From positions 32,001 through 96,000 of the forward strand of contig CAWDOD010000004.1 of the NCBI GenBank assembly GCA_963803805.1: a stretch of DNA of 64,000 nucleotides, written 5' to 3'. The translations under genes and the position numbers were made by a program. The stretch comes from an uncultured cyanobacterium (GTDB taxonomy: Bacteria > Cyanobacteriota > Cyanobacteriia > Cyanobacteriales > CAWCAG01). The notes beneath the pieces are model-generated. The model ran no database searches, was not told the origin of the DNA, and was given only the letters and a program-made list of their open reading frames with translations. Shown here in pieces: positions 51,928 through 61,148 of the stretch. Every line of letters begins with the position of its first letter. Position 1 is the stretch's first letter.

Positions 51928-53412
51928 ATGAGCCATAAAAATAACCAATTACTACCCATTAATTGGGAAAAATTAGCTGCTGAATATAGTCAGAAAAAAA
52001 GTTCGTATCGGGTTTCAGAAGTTGGTAGTAAATATCAAGTTTCTCGTCCTAACACTCCTCAATTACCTAATTCCCTTAAACTGCGCCCCTATCAAATCCA
52101 AGCAGTCACTAACTGGTTTCGTAATCAGGGTAGAGGCACTTTAAAAATGGCTACAGGTAGTGGCAAAACCATTGCTGCTTTGGCTATTGCTACAGAACTT
52201 TATCAGAAAATAGGCTTAAAGGTTTTATTAGTAGTTTGTCCCTATCGTCATTTAGTTACCCAGTGGCAGAGAGAGTGCCATAAATTTAATTTACAACCAA
52301 TTTTAGCTTTTGAAAGGGTGACTAATTGGCAAAATCAACTTTCTACTCAACTTTATAATGTTCATGCCGAAAGCCAAAGTTTCGTTAGCGTTATTGTTAG
52401 TAATTCAACGTTAATTAGTCAAGGCTTCCAATCTCAACTCAAATTTTTCCCTGCTAAAACTTTAATTGTGGGAGATGAAGCACATAATCTTGGTTCCCAA
52501 CGTTTAGAAGCTAGTTTACCTCGCAATATTGGCTTACGTCTCGCCCTTTCTGCTACCCCAGAAAGATACTTTGATGAAGATGGAACAGAAGAGTTATTCA
52601 ATTATTTTGGAGAAGTTTTACAACCAGAATTCACCCTAGCCGATGCTATTAACCAAGGGGCATTAGTTCCCTATCTTTATTACCCTATTTTTGTAACTTT
52701 AACAGAATCAGAAAGCTTAAATTATGCCCAACTAACTAAGCGTATTGGTTGGGCATTACAAGCAAAGGAAGATTTGCAAAACAATCCCCTCTTAACTTCT
52801 TTATTAATGCAGCGATCGCGCTTAATTGGGGCTGCTGCTAATAAGTTGATTGCTTTGCGACAACTAATGGCAACTCGACTTGATACTTCCCATACTCTTT
52901 TTTATTGTGGTGATGGTTGGGTAGAGGGAGATCCAAGTAATGAGGAAAGCAAAAGACAATTAGCTGCGGTAACTAAAATTTTAGGGGCAGAATTAGGCTA
53001 TCGAGTTAACACCTATACTGCTGATACACCTTTAAAAGTAAGAGAAGAATTACGACAGCAATTTGAGAAAGGAGAATTACAAGGTTTAGTCGCAATTCGC
53101 TGTCTTGATGAAGGAGTAGATATTCCTGCTATTAAACAGGCAATTATTTTAGCTAGTACAAGTAATCCTCGACAATTTGTACAACGACGAGGGCGCATTT
53201 TACGTCCCTATCCTGGTAAGAAAAGAGCAACTCTTTTTGATACCATTGTTATGCCTCCAGATTTACCTAGAGATGCTTGGGAAGTGGAAAAGAATCTCTT
53301 ACAGAAAGAGTTGAAACGTTTTCTAGAGTTTGCTGCTTTAGCAGAAAATGCCAGTGAAGCGAAGCAGAAGTTTTTATATCTTCAGCAAAAATATGGAATC
53401 ATTGATCAATGA
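51928..53412 (+). CDS. SF2 (type III Res-like) helicase of the family annotated as DNA phosphorothioation system restriction enzyme
   Basis: LRPYQ, MATGSGKT, DEAH, LSATP, CLDEGVDIP, QRRGRILR. Confidence 0.8.
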   Translation: MSHKNNQLLPINWEKLAAEYSQKKSSYRVSEVGSKYQVSRPNTPQLPNSLKLRPYQIQAVTNWFRNQGRGTLKMATGSGKTIAALAIATELYQKIGLKVLLVVCPYRHLVTQWQRECHKFNLQPILAFERVTNWQNQLSTQLYNVHAESQSFVSVIVSNSTLISQGFQSQLKFFPAKTLIVGDEAHNLGSQRLEASLPRNIGLRLALSATPERYFDEDGTEELFNYFGEVLQPEFTLADAINQGALVPYLYYPIFVTLTESESLNYAQLTKRIGWALQAKEDLQNNPLLTSLLMQRSRLIGAAANKLIALRQLMATRLDTSHTLFYCGDGWVEGDPSNEESKRQLAAVTKILGAELGYRVNTYTADTPLKVREELRQQFEKGELQGLVAIRCLDEGVDIPAIKQAIILASTSNPRQFVQRRGRILRPYPGKKRATLFDTIVMPPDLPRDAWEVEKNLLQKELKRFLEFAALAENASEAKQKFLYLQQKYGIIDQ

Positions 53413-53448
53413 TCATTGATCTGTGGCTTATCTAATATCAATATTTTT

Positions 53449-55407
53449 ATGAAAATTGCTGTATTAACTTTATTTATTATTGTATTTCTTTTATTTTTAT
53501 GCCCTCATTCCTTAGCAGCTAACTCAGAAGCAGAATTAATTGCCTTAACTCCGGATTTACTACAAGAAAGAATCCAAGAACCAATCACTGAAGAGGGCAT
53601 TACTACAGTTAACCTTACTCAGTTTTCCATAAACTTAACTGGAGATAATGAAGAATTTCGCAATCAATTTTACCAACAACTCCAAAGTGCCATTACTCGT
53701 TCTCAAAGTCCCCTAACTATTAACCTAAGTAAGTCTTTGATTCAAGGAGAATTTACCACCCGTAGGTTAGGCATTCAAACTCCTTTAATAGAACAAGCCT
53801 TATCAGGAAGTTTATCAGTTTTAGAAAAAAAACAACTAGCTAAAGAACCCCGTTTCAAACAATATTCCCTAGAAAATAGCCAAGATAAATATATTCCTTA
53901 TACAACAATTTTACGAGGTTCTTTAAAACTTAATCATACCCAGTTTACTGCTCCAGCTAACTTTAGCAACACCTTCTTCCTACAACGAGTAGAAGCTGTG
54001 GGAGTTGATTTTGCAGACAAAAGTGATTGGAACCAAACTAGTTTTAGCCACCTAGCGGATTTTAGTGAAGCTAACTTTCAAAGAGAAGCTAACTTCAAAA
54101 ATAGCAACTTTTTCGCTAAAGCTAAATTTGTCAAAGCTAAGTTTCAAAATAATCTTGACTTTACTTATAGCCAATTTAAGGATTCAACCAACTTTAATGA
54201 AGCAACTTTTAGCGATGTAGTTAATTGGACAAGTTCTCAATGGCAAGGGGAAGGTGACTTTCGTAAAACCAACTGGGGCGATCGCGTCATCTTTTCTAAA
54301 AGTCGCTTTCTTCAACCCCTTTATTTTAATAACGCTAACTTTGAAAAAAGTGTTGCTTTCCGGGGCAGCCGTTTCAATAGTAATATTAACTTCAGCGATG
54401 CTAGTTTAAGGGAACAAATTGACTTTAGCAATGCTGTTTTCACTCCTAATACTCAGATTGATTTATCCAAGTTAGCTTTTGATGCCAAAGAAGCAAAAAT
54501 ATTGGGAGAAAAAGGAGTAATTGGTAAAGCTATTTCAGTCTCCACCTTAGAAGGGAATGAAACCATTCTTTTCAACTTAGTCAGGAACTTTCGGCGTTTA
54601 GAACAAATCACCGACGCGAATCAAATCGAATACCAAACCAAGAAGTTACGCCGGGAACAATTAGAAACTTTATTAATTGGTTTACCCTGGCAAAAATGGT
54701 TTCGCTTTAGCACATTAGGTTATGACTTAAAATGGTTTTGTTTAAGTTTAATTCTTCTGTTAAGCGACTACGGAACCAACTTCGGTTTAGTCCTCAGTGT
54801 CGGCATTTTCACCCTAGCTTACTTTGGTCTTTTTTTCTGGTTTCTAGATCGCTATCGCCGCCGCTTTCCCCAACCAATACTCCCCAATCTTTACGAAACA
54901 ACTTGGATGGTAGGGAGTTTTAGTTTTTTGACCATAACTAGTTTAATTGCCATCTTCCAAACCGCCAGACAACCTTGGTTAACCCTTGGTTGTTTAGGAA
55001 TAGTTTTATTACCAATTCCTCTATTTCTACTCGCTAAACTCTACCTGCAAGGGCGTTACCACAACTTATTAGCAGTAACCTACTTTGTCGAAGATGGCAG
55101 TATGCGACAACTACGCCTTCTCATCGTTCGCCTACCAATTATGCCCCGTTTTCCTTTATTCCGCGATCGCTATATGCCCATACTTTGGGACAGGCGTTGG
55201 AACTGGCTTAATTATTATGATTTTAGTTTAAATAATTTACTTAAACTAGGGTTCAATGATATCAGAGTCAGGGATGAACATTTACCCGGTATTATTACCA
55301 CCTTGGTTTGGTATCAATGGGGTTTAGGTATTCTTTATATTGCCCTAATTCTTTGGACACTTTCTCGGACTATTCCTGGTTTGAATTTACTGATTTATTT
55401 GAAATAA
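53449..55407 (+). CDS. Pentapeptide repeat-containing membrane protein
   Basis: Signal peptide; (A/V)xFxxxxF repeats; several C-terminal TM helices. Confidence 0.85.
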   Translation: MKIAVLTLFIIVFLLFLCPHSLAANSEAELIALTPDLLQERIQEPITEEGITTVNLTQFSINLTGDNEEFRNQFYQQLQSAITRSQSPLTINLSKSLIQGEFTTRRLGIQTPLIEQALSGSLSVLEKKQLAKEPRFKQYSLENSQDKYIPYTTILRGSLKLNHTQFTAPANFSNTFFLQRVEAVGVDFADKSDWNQTSFSHLADFSEANFQREANFKNSNFFAKAKFVKAKFQNNLDFTYSQFKDSTNFNEATFSDVVNWTSSQWQGEGDFRKTNWGDRVIFSKSRFLQPLYFNNANFEKSVAFRGSRFNSNINFSDASLREQIDFSNAVFTPNTQIDLSKLAFDAKEAKILGEKGVIGKAISVSTLEGNETILFNLVRNFRRLEQITDANQIEYQTKKLRREQLETLLIGLPWQKWFRFSTLGYDLKWFCLSLILLLSDYGTNFGLVLSVGIFTLAYFGLFFWFLDRYRRRFPQPILPNLYETTWMVGSFSFLTITSLIAIFQTARQPWLTLGCLGIVLLPIPLFLLAKLYLQGRYHNLLAVTYFVEDGSMRQLRLLIVRLPIMPRFPLFRDRYMPILWDRRWNWLNYYDFSLNNLLKLGFNDIRVRDEHLPGIITTLVWYQWGLGILYIALILWTLSRTIPGLNLLIYLK

Positions 55408-55533
55408 GGAATAACTTTTTTCTGTTGTATCCTAAATATCTGTTCCTAATTCCCTATCCAAACAGTTAACATTAATGCCTGACAGCTTATTCTAAAGACT
55501 TGTGTATCACATTGAGAAAGGACTGGGTAAATA

Positions 55534-56688
55534 GTGAGAATCAAACCAGAAGGATGGCTAGCAATCCTTTTAATGTTGGGATTAGTGATCACAATTATTA
55601 CTCGTCCTCCGGAAATATTAGCGCCACAGACGGAATTACGAGGGGTTTGGTTAACCAATATTGATAGTGAGGTGATGTTTTCTGCCCGAAAACTACGTCA
55701 GAGTTTAAAACGTCTCGCTCGTTTAAACTTCAATACGGTGTATCCTACAGTTTGGACAAGGGGACATACCCTTTATCCTAGCAAGGTAGCTGAGTCGGTT
55801 TTGGGTGTTTCCTTAGATCCAGAACCAGGTTTGCAGAAACGGGATATCTTAAAAGAGATAGTCACACAAGGACACAGACAAGGTTTAACGATTATTCCTT
55901 GGTTTGAGTTTGGTTTTGTGGTTCCCTCAGACTCTCCTATCATACAACTTCACCCGGATTGGTTAACCAACCGTCAAGATACTGGTCAAACTGTTTATCG
56001 AAAAGGACAAGAAATCGCTTGGCTTAATCCTTTTCACCCTCAAGTACAACAGTTTATAACAGCTATTTTTGCTGAGATTGTTGCTAACTATGACATTGAT
56101 GGTATTCAGTTTGATGATAACTTTGGTGTTCCAGTAGACATGGGTTATGATCCTTACACCTCAGCCCTCTATCGCAGCCAACACCAAGGTAATTCACCCC
56201 CAGCTAATTTCCGTGATCCTGAATGGATGCGTTGGCGTGCAGATCAACTGACAGAACTAGTCACCCAGTTGTTTCATACAATTAAAGCACTCAAGCCCAA
56301 CTGTTTAATTGGTTTATCTCCTAATTCGCAACATTTTTCCTACAATAACTACCTACAAGACTGGCAAACTTGGCAAGAAAGGGGTTTAATTGATGAGTTG
56401 ATTTTACAGGTTTATTGGGACGATCTACAGAGGTTTAGGGCAGAACTACAACTTCCAGAAGTTGAAGCAGCTAGTCAAAAAATTCCTGTGGGTATTGGTA
56501 TTTTAACTGGTTTAAAAAAGCGTTTTATTCCCATGAGTCAAGTACAGGCACAAGTAAAAATTGTTCGCCAGGAAGATTTAGCTGGAGTTGCTTTCTTTTT
56601 CTACGAAACTCTAGCAGGGCGCGATCGCGAACTTAAGGAGTTGTTTGCTCATCCGGCTACTAGACCTGAAGAAGTAATAAGTAATTAG
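55534..56688 (+). CDS. Glycoside hydrolase family 10-like (GHL10/YngK) protein
   Basis: ELRGVWLTN, FNTVYP, PWFEFG, LNPFHP, YDIDGIQFDD. Confidence 0.88.
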   Translation: MRIKPEGWLAILLMLGLVITIITRPPEILAPQTELRGVWLTNIDSEVMFSARKLRQSLKRLARLNFNTVYPTVWTRGHTLYPSKVAESVLGVSLDPEPGLQKRDILKEIVTQGHRQGLTIIPWFEFGFVVPSDSPIIQLHPDWLTNRQDTGQTVYRKGQEIAWLNPFHPQVQQFITAIFAEIVANYDIDGIQFDDNFGVPVDMGYDPYTSALYRSQHQGNSPPANFRDPEWMRWRADQLTELVTQLFHTIKALKPNCLIGLSPNSQHFSYNNYLQDWQTWQERGLIDELILQVYWDDLQRFRAELQLPEVEAASQKIPVGIGILTGLKKRFIPMSQVQAQVKIVRQEDLAGVAFFFYETLAGRDRELKELFAHPATRPEEVISN

Positions 56689-56726
56689 GTAATGGGTAAG
56701 TACGATTATCAATTAGTCACTTTAAT

Positions 56727-56745
56727 CAAAATCGTTATGACTATG
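56727..56745. promoter_or_regulatory. Putative FurC/PerR box upstream of the peroxiredoxin
   Basis: CAAAATCGTTATGACTATG (reverse complement CATAGTCATAACGATTTTG), an imperfect palindrome resembling the Anabaena FurC operator as recalled. Confidence 0.6.
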
Positions 56746-56822
56746 ATATACTGGTAACAGTTCGTAACAAGTTAAAATTTAGCTGATACAGAAGATTTCA
56801 GTTTAGTAAGGAGTAATTAATA

Positions 56823-57416
56823 ATGGAAGAATGTTTAAGAGTAGGACAAGTAGCACCTGATTTCACGGCTACAGCAGTAGTAGATCAAGAATTCAAAACC
56901 CTTAAACTATCTGACTATCGTGGCAAATATGTAGTCTTATTTTTCTATCCTTTAGACTTCACTTTCGTTTGCCCTACAGAAATCACAGCATTCAGCGATC
57001 GCAACAAAGAATTTGCAGATATCGACACTCAAGTTTTAGGTGTTTCCGTTGACAGCGAATTTTCTCACCTTGCTTGGATTCAAAGCGATCGCAAATCAGG
57101 GGGAGTCGGAGACTTAGAATATCCTCTAGTTTCTGATATTAGAAAAGAAATCAGCACTGCTTATAACGTTTTAGATCCAGAAGCTGGCGTAGCCTTGCGA
57201 GGATTATTTATCATAGATAAAGATGGCGTAATTCAACACGCAACCATCAACAACCTTTCTTTTGGACGTAGCGTTGATGAAACTCTACGCACCCTGCAAG
57301 CGATTCAATACGTACAATCTCATCCTGACGAAGTTTGTCCTGCTGGTTGGGAACCCGGAAGCAAAACAATGGTTCCTGATCCGGTCAAGTCTAAAGTCTT
57401 CTTTGAATCTGTCTAG
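56823..57416 (+). CDS. 2-Cys peroxiredoxin
   Basis: [25 protein letters not shown]; strong AAGGAG ribosome-binding site. Confidence 0.96.
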   Translation: MEECLRVGQVAPDFTATAVVDQEFKTLKLSDYRGKYVVLFFYPLDFTFVCPTEITAFSDRNKEFADIDTQVLGVSVDSEFSHLAWIQSDRKSGGVGDLEYPLVSDIRKEISTAYNVLDPEAGVALRGLFIIDKDGVIQHATINNLSFGRSVDETLRTLQAIQYVQSHPDEVCPAGWEPGSKTMVPDPVKSKVFFESV

Positions 57417-57457
57417 TTGACCTTCTGTTACTATTTGATTCCTTTGGGGGGTAGTTC

Positions 57458-58258
57458 ATGACTAGTACAACTAATCTAGAAACCCGATCTTCAAACTCAA
57501 CTGTGGAGGATTGGCAACCCCCCATGCCCCCCACAGATTTAATTTTTGACGATGGAGAGCCTTTGGAAACAGATCGCCACCGCATTGCGATGAATGTCTT
57601 GATTCGTTCCATGCAAGCTGCATTAAGCGAACGAGAAGATTACTTTGTTGGTGGCAATATGTTTATTTACTACAGCGCTCAACAAGTCAAAAACAGAGAT
57701 TTTCGTGGCCCTGACTTCTTTGTAGTTCTCAATGTAGATCATACCCCTGAACGAGAAGGCTGGGTTGTGTGGGAAGAAAATGGTCGCTATCCAGACGTAA
57801 TTATTGAGTTGATGTCCCCTTCTACTAAACAAATAGATGTGGGTATCAAAAAAACTATCTACGAGCAAACTTTCCGTACTCCTGATTATTTTGTCTTTGA
57901 CCCCTTTGATCCTGATTCTTTAAAAGGCTGGCATTTAGATGTAGATTCTAGTTATCAAGAACTTACACTCAATGAACGAGGTTGGTTGTGGTGTCAAAAA
58001 TTAGGTTTGTGGTTAGGGGCTTGGAAAGGAGACATTGACGGCAAGTCCGCAATTTGGTTACGTTTTTATGATTCAGAAGGTAACTTAATTCTTTTACCAG
58101 AAGAAGCGGAAAAGCAACGGGCTGAGGTGGCTGAAGAACGATTAGAGAATGCTATTACTCGTTTATTAGAATTAGGGTTGGATACTGCCCAGGTAGCTGC
58201 GGCATTATCTTTATCGGTAGAAGAAATTGAAAGTAGAATTAATGGCGGTAAAAAATAA
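57458..58258 (+). CDS. Uma2 family endonuclease
   Basis: DGEPLET, GGNMFIYY, GPDFFVV, PDVIIELMSPST, YFVFDP. Confidence 0.9.
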   Translation: MTSTTNLETRSSNSTVEDWQPPMPPTDLIFDDGEPLETDRHRIAMNVLIRSMQAALSEREDYFVGGNMFIYYSAQQVKNRDFRGPDFFVVLNVDHTPEREGWVVWEENGRYPDVIIELMSPSTKQIDVGIKKTIYEQTFRTPDYFVFDPFDPDSLKGWHLDVDSSYQELTLNERGWLWCQKLGLWLGAWKGDIDGKSAIWLRFYDSEGNLILLPEEAEKQRAEVAEERLENAITRLLELGLDTAQVAAALSLSVEEIESRINGGKK

Positions 58259-58670
58259 TAACTGATAAGCAAAACTTTCCTTTCTTCTCATCAAAGTTCA
58301 AATGATTTAAACCTAAGCGATTCTTGCTCAAGTTTATAAAGTTATATTAAGAACGATTTAATAAGGCATTGATAGGGGTTTCTTTTGCAATAGAATTAAT
58401 CAAGATTTATGAAAAATGATATTCTTGCCTTTTTTGTACTCTAAAAGCCTTTGACCGAGAAAAACCACCGTATAATAGGGCTTTGCTTAAAGTCAAATAA
58501 CATAAAGGAAAAGATTCTGCGCTCAGGAAATCACTTCTTTTTAGAACTGGATTTAATCGCCTATTGACAAAATGCAACTTTAATGAAGTGGCACTTCTTT
58601 TAAACTTGGCAAAATATTACACCAAATCTGTTTGTTGTTACTCCTCTACCCCTATCACCCTATCTCCCTA

Positions 58671-58723
58671 TCCCCTATCTCCCCATCAAACCTAATAAGT
58701 AAATTAAATGCCTGACAGCTTAT
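58671..58723 (+). repeat. Small dispersed repeat (same family as 43599-43657), preceded by CCCTAT-like tandem units
   Basis: TCCCCTATCTCCCCATCAAACCTAATAAGTAAATTAAATGCCTGACAGCTTAT. Confidence 0.75.
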
Positions 58724-58805
58724 TCTTATTGGTCAAAGCTCATTAGCACTTTATATATGTAGCGTTATTTTATCTATTTCATACAAAATAGGCTTGGTAT
58801 GATCA

Positions 58806-59978
58806 TCAGCTAGCCAGTAATTCTTGATAAAACTGTAATTGCTGTTTAGCTAAAGCTTGGTTTGTATATTGTTGCATCGCTTTTTCGTAACCCTTCTTAG
58901 CCAGCTTTTCAGTTAGGTTGTTATCTTCTATTAAAGACAATAAAGCCTTACTTAAAGCCTCTGCATCACCCTCCGGAAAAACCAAACCTGCCTCACCAAT
59001 CACATTAGGAATTTCTCCTGAATCGGAACCAACCACAGGCACTTTACAAGCCATCGCTTCAATCAAAACATGACCAAATTGTTCCTTCCAACCTGCCGCA
59101 GTTAAGGTTTTGAATTCATAAGTGGTTTCTGAAGGTAACACTAAAGCATTCATGAGATTAATATAGGCGGGAACTGCATCATGAGGAACACTTTCTACCA
59201 TAATTAACCGTTCTTTAATCCCTGCGATCGCTGCTTTTTCCTGCAAAGTTTCTTTTAATGGGCCTCTACCTAAAAGTAAGAGTTTCCACCTTTTTGCTTT
59301 TAAAGCAGCTAAAGCATCAATTAAAGTTAAAATGCCTTTTTCAGGAACAAACCTGCCCACAAAACCAATCACAAATTCTTCATCTTCAAGGCCTAATTGA
59401 GTAGCTAATTCTGGTTGTGCTTGTGGTTTAAATAAAGTTTCATCAACTCCTAATTGAGGCATGACCTTAACAGGGCCTTGATAACCATGTTCTCGTAAAA
59501 CATCTACACCATCTTGATTACCAGAAACTAACCCATTGGTATTCTTGAGATTGTAGGATTCTAAGACAGAAATAGGAAACTTAGATTGGTAAGGTAAGTT
59601 CCACCAAGTAAAAAAACAATTTTTGGCTTTTAAACCTAATAACTTATTTAAAGTAATTAATTGAGCATAACCTAAAGCTTTTGCTCCCTGTTCTACTTGA
59701 ATAATCTGAGGTTTAAATTCCTGCAATAATTTAACTATTTCCCAACCAAAAGTGAGCAAACCCTGATTATTTTCACTAAAATTAGCCACGGGTACAACCC
59801 GAAAACTACCATCTTGCCTATATTTAGTCTCAATGATTTTATTCTGTACTCCCCCCGGTTTCCAGCGTTTAGGAACAACTACTGTAACTTCAACATCTGG
59901 TTGCAAGTGAGCTAATTTCCTCAGCTTCTCGCAGTTAAGATCAACAATATAAGTATGGCTGGCAACGAGTATTTTCAT
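58806..59978 (-). CDS. hpsO: GT4 glycosyltransferase, hormogonium polysaccharide HpsO-like
   Basis: MKILVASHTYIVDLN, GFVGRFVPEKG, EQFGHVLIEAMAC; context downstream of hpsL/hpsN-like genes. Confidence 0.75.
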   Translation of the reverse strand: MKILVASHTYIVDLNCEKLRKLAHLQPDVEVTVVVPKRWKPGGVQNKIIETKYRQDGSFRVVPVANFSENNQGLLTFGWEIVKLLQEFKPQIIQVEQGAKALGYAQLITLNKLLGLKAKNCFFTWWNLPYQSKFPISVLESYNLKNTNGLVSGNQDGVDVLREHGYQGPVKVMPQLGVDETLFKPQAQPELATQLGLEDEEFVIGFVGRFVPEKGILTLIDALAALKAKRWKLLLLGRGPLKETLQEKAAIAGIKERLIMVESVPHDAVPAYINLMNALVLPSETTYEFKTLTAAGWKEQFGHVLIEAMACKVPVVGSDSGEIPNVIGEAGLVFPEGDAEALSKALLSLIEDNNLTEKLAKKGYEKAMQQYTNQALAKQQLQFYQELLAS

Positions 59979-60044
59979 TAATGATTGTTATTTGCTATTT
60001 GCTAATTGCTAATTGCTAATAGGATAAATAAAACAGGATGTTCC

Positions 60045-60081
60045 TTACTGATTACTGATTACTGATCATTGATCATTGATT
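60045..60081. repeat. Heptamer tandem repeat (TTACTGA/TCATTGA)
   Basis: ttactga x3, tcattga x2; overlaps the last codons of the GT2 gene. Confidence 0.7.
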
Positions 60082-61066
60082 GCTTATCCTGGCGACTATA
60101 AATTTGCCCATCATCCCAGGCGGATTTAATGCGAGTATTCAAAGCATCAAAAAAGCCTAAACTGTAGAATAAACCCCGACTAGCAACTTTTAAAGGAGAA
60201 CCACTTTTATTACAAGGAGGATTACCTAAAACGTGACAATCAAATAACTTGCTATATAAGCGTAATTGTTGCCCCGGTGTTAAGTTCTTTTGTGCCATCA
60301 GGAAATGATTGTGGTAAAAAGTAAACTGATACTTAAGCGATCGCGTACTAATATCATGACAACCTCCTGTTTCTTCTCCTAAATGAACTAAATCCGCTTC
60401 AGGATCGTACCAAATTTGATAGCCAGTTTTCCTAATTCTCAAACAAAAATCAGACTCTTCTCGTACTGCTGAACCGCGAAAGCGTTCGTCAAACCAAACA
60501 CCATGTTTAGTAAAAATTTCCCGACGGAAAGACATATTGCAGCCTCTGGTTGAAATCACCCGTTGAGGCTTTGTTGTATGTACCAAATCAATATGATACC
60601 AAGCAATACCGGGGTCCATTGCTTCTGGAGGCAAATCTTCAATTTCATAGGCATCCCCCTCAGTAGCAAACTTTTGATAATCAGCTAGCTTCATGCGATC
60701 AAACACTCGACCAGCTACAGCACCAATTTCAGGGTTACTATAGTTTTTAGCATGGGCTTTTATATAACCTTCTGGCATTTGAACATCATCATCAATGAAG
60801 ATAACAATTTCCCCTTTTGCCCGACGCACAGCATAATTTCTTGCCCCCGGCAAACTCGCCCAGTCAACTTTAAATAAATTAATTTCACCTGTAGAAGATA
60901 ACTCAGCTAAAACCCGTTGAGTTTCTGGTTCGTGGCTAGGGGTTTGATCAACAACTAAAACTTCAAAGTTGGGATAATCTTGCTTCAATACATCTTTTAA
61001 AGTATCCCGTAGGGGTTCTTCTCTGCCATAGGTTGGTATAACAACGGAAACAAGCGGCCAGTTCAT
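60059..61066 (-). CDS. hpsN: GT2 glycosyltransferase, hormogonium polysaccharide HpsN-like
   Basis: VSVVIPTYGRE, VLVVDQ, ARN, FIDDD, GCNMSFRR, EESDF. Confidence 0.75.
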   Translation of the reverse strand: MNWPLVSVVIPTYGREEPLRDTLKDVLKQDYPNFEVLVVDQTPSHEPETQRVLAELSSTGEINLFKVDWASLPGARNYAVRRAKGEIVIFIDDDVQMPEGYIKAHAKNYSNPEIGAVAGRVFDRMKLADYQKFATEGDAYEIEDLPPEAMDPGIAWYHIDLVHTTKPQRVISTRGCNMSFRREIFTKHGVWFDERFRGSAVREESDFCLRIRKTGYQIWYDPEADLVHLGEETGGCHDISTRSLKYQFTFYHNHFLMAQKNLTPGQQLRLYSKLFDCHVLGNPPCNKSGSPLKVASRGLFYSLGFFDALNTRIKSAWDDGQIYSRQDKQSMINDQ

Positions 61067-61117
61067 AGCAATATTTTACTTACTAACTTAAGCGTGAAAA
61101 AGTATCCCTTTGTTAGG

Positions 61118-61146
61118 TTGCCCTGATTGTTAGCTAGGGTAACAAA
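61118..61146. repeat. 29-bp direct repeat, copy 1 (hairpin-forming)
   Basis: TTGCCCTGATTGTTAGCTAGGGTAACAAA; 27/29 identical to 62894-62922. Confidence 0.8.
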
Positions 61147-61148
61147 AA

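Noticed and set aside
46023..53412. Functional link between cysC and the PT-associated helicase as a sulfur-modification system
   Set aside because: They are more than 5 kb apart with unrelated genes between; cysC looks like the ordinary housekeeping enzyme.
58259..58640. Possible pseudogene or ncRNA in the AT-rich spacer after Uma2
   Set aside because: No recognisable coding remnant or stable structure, only a short duplicated CACTTCTTTT.
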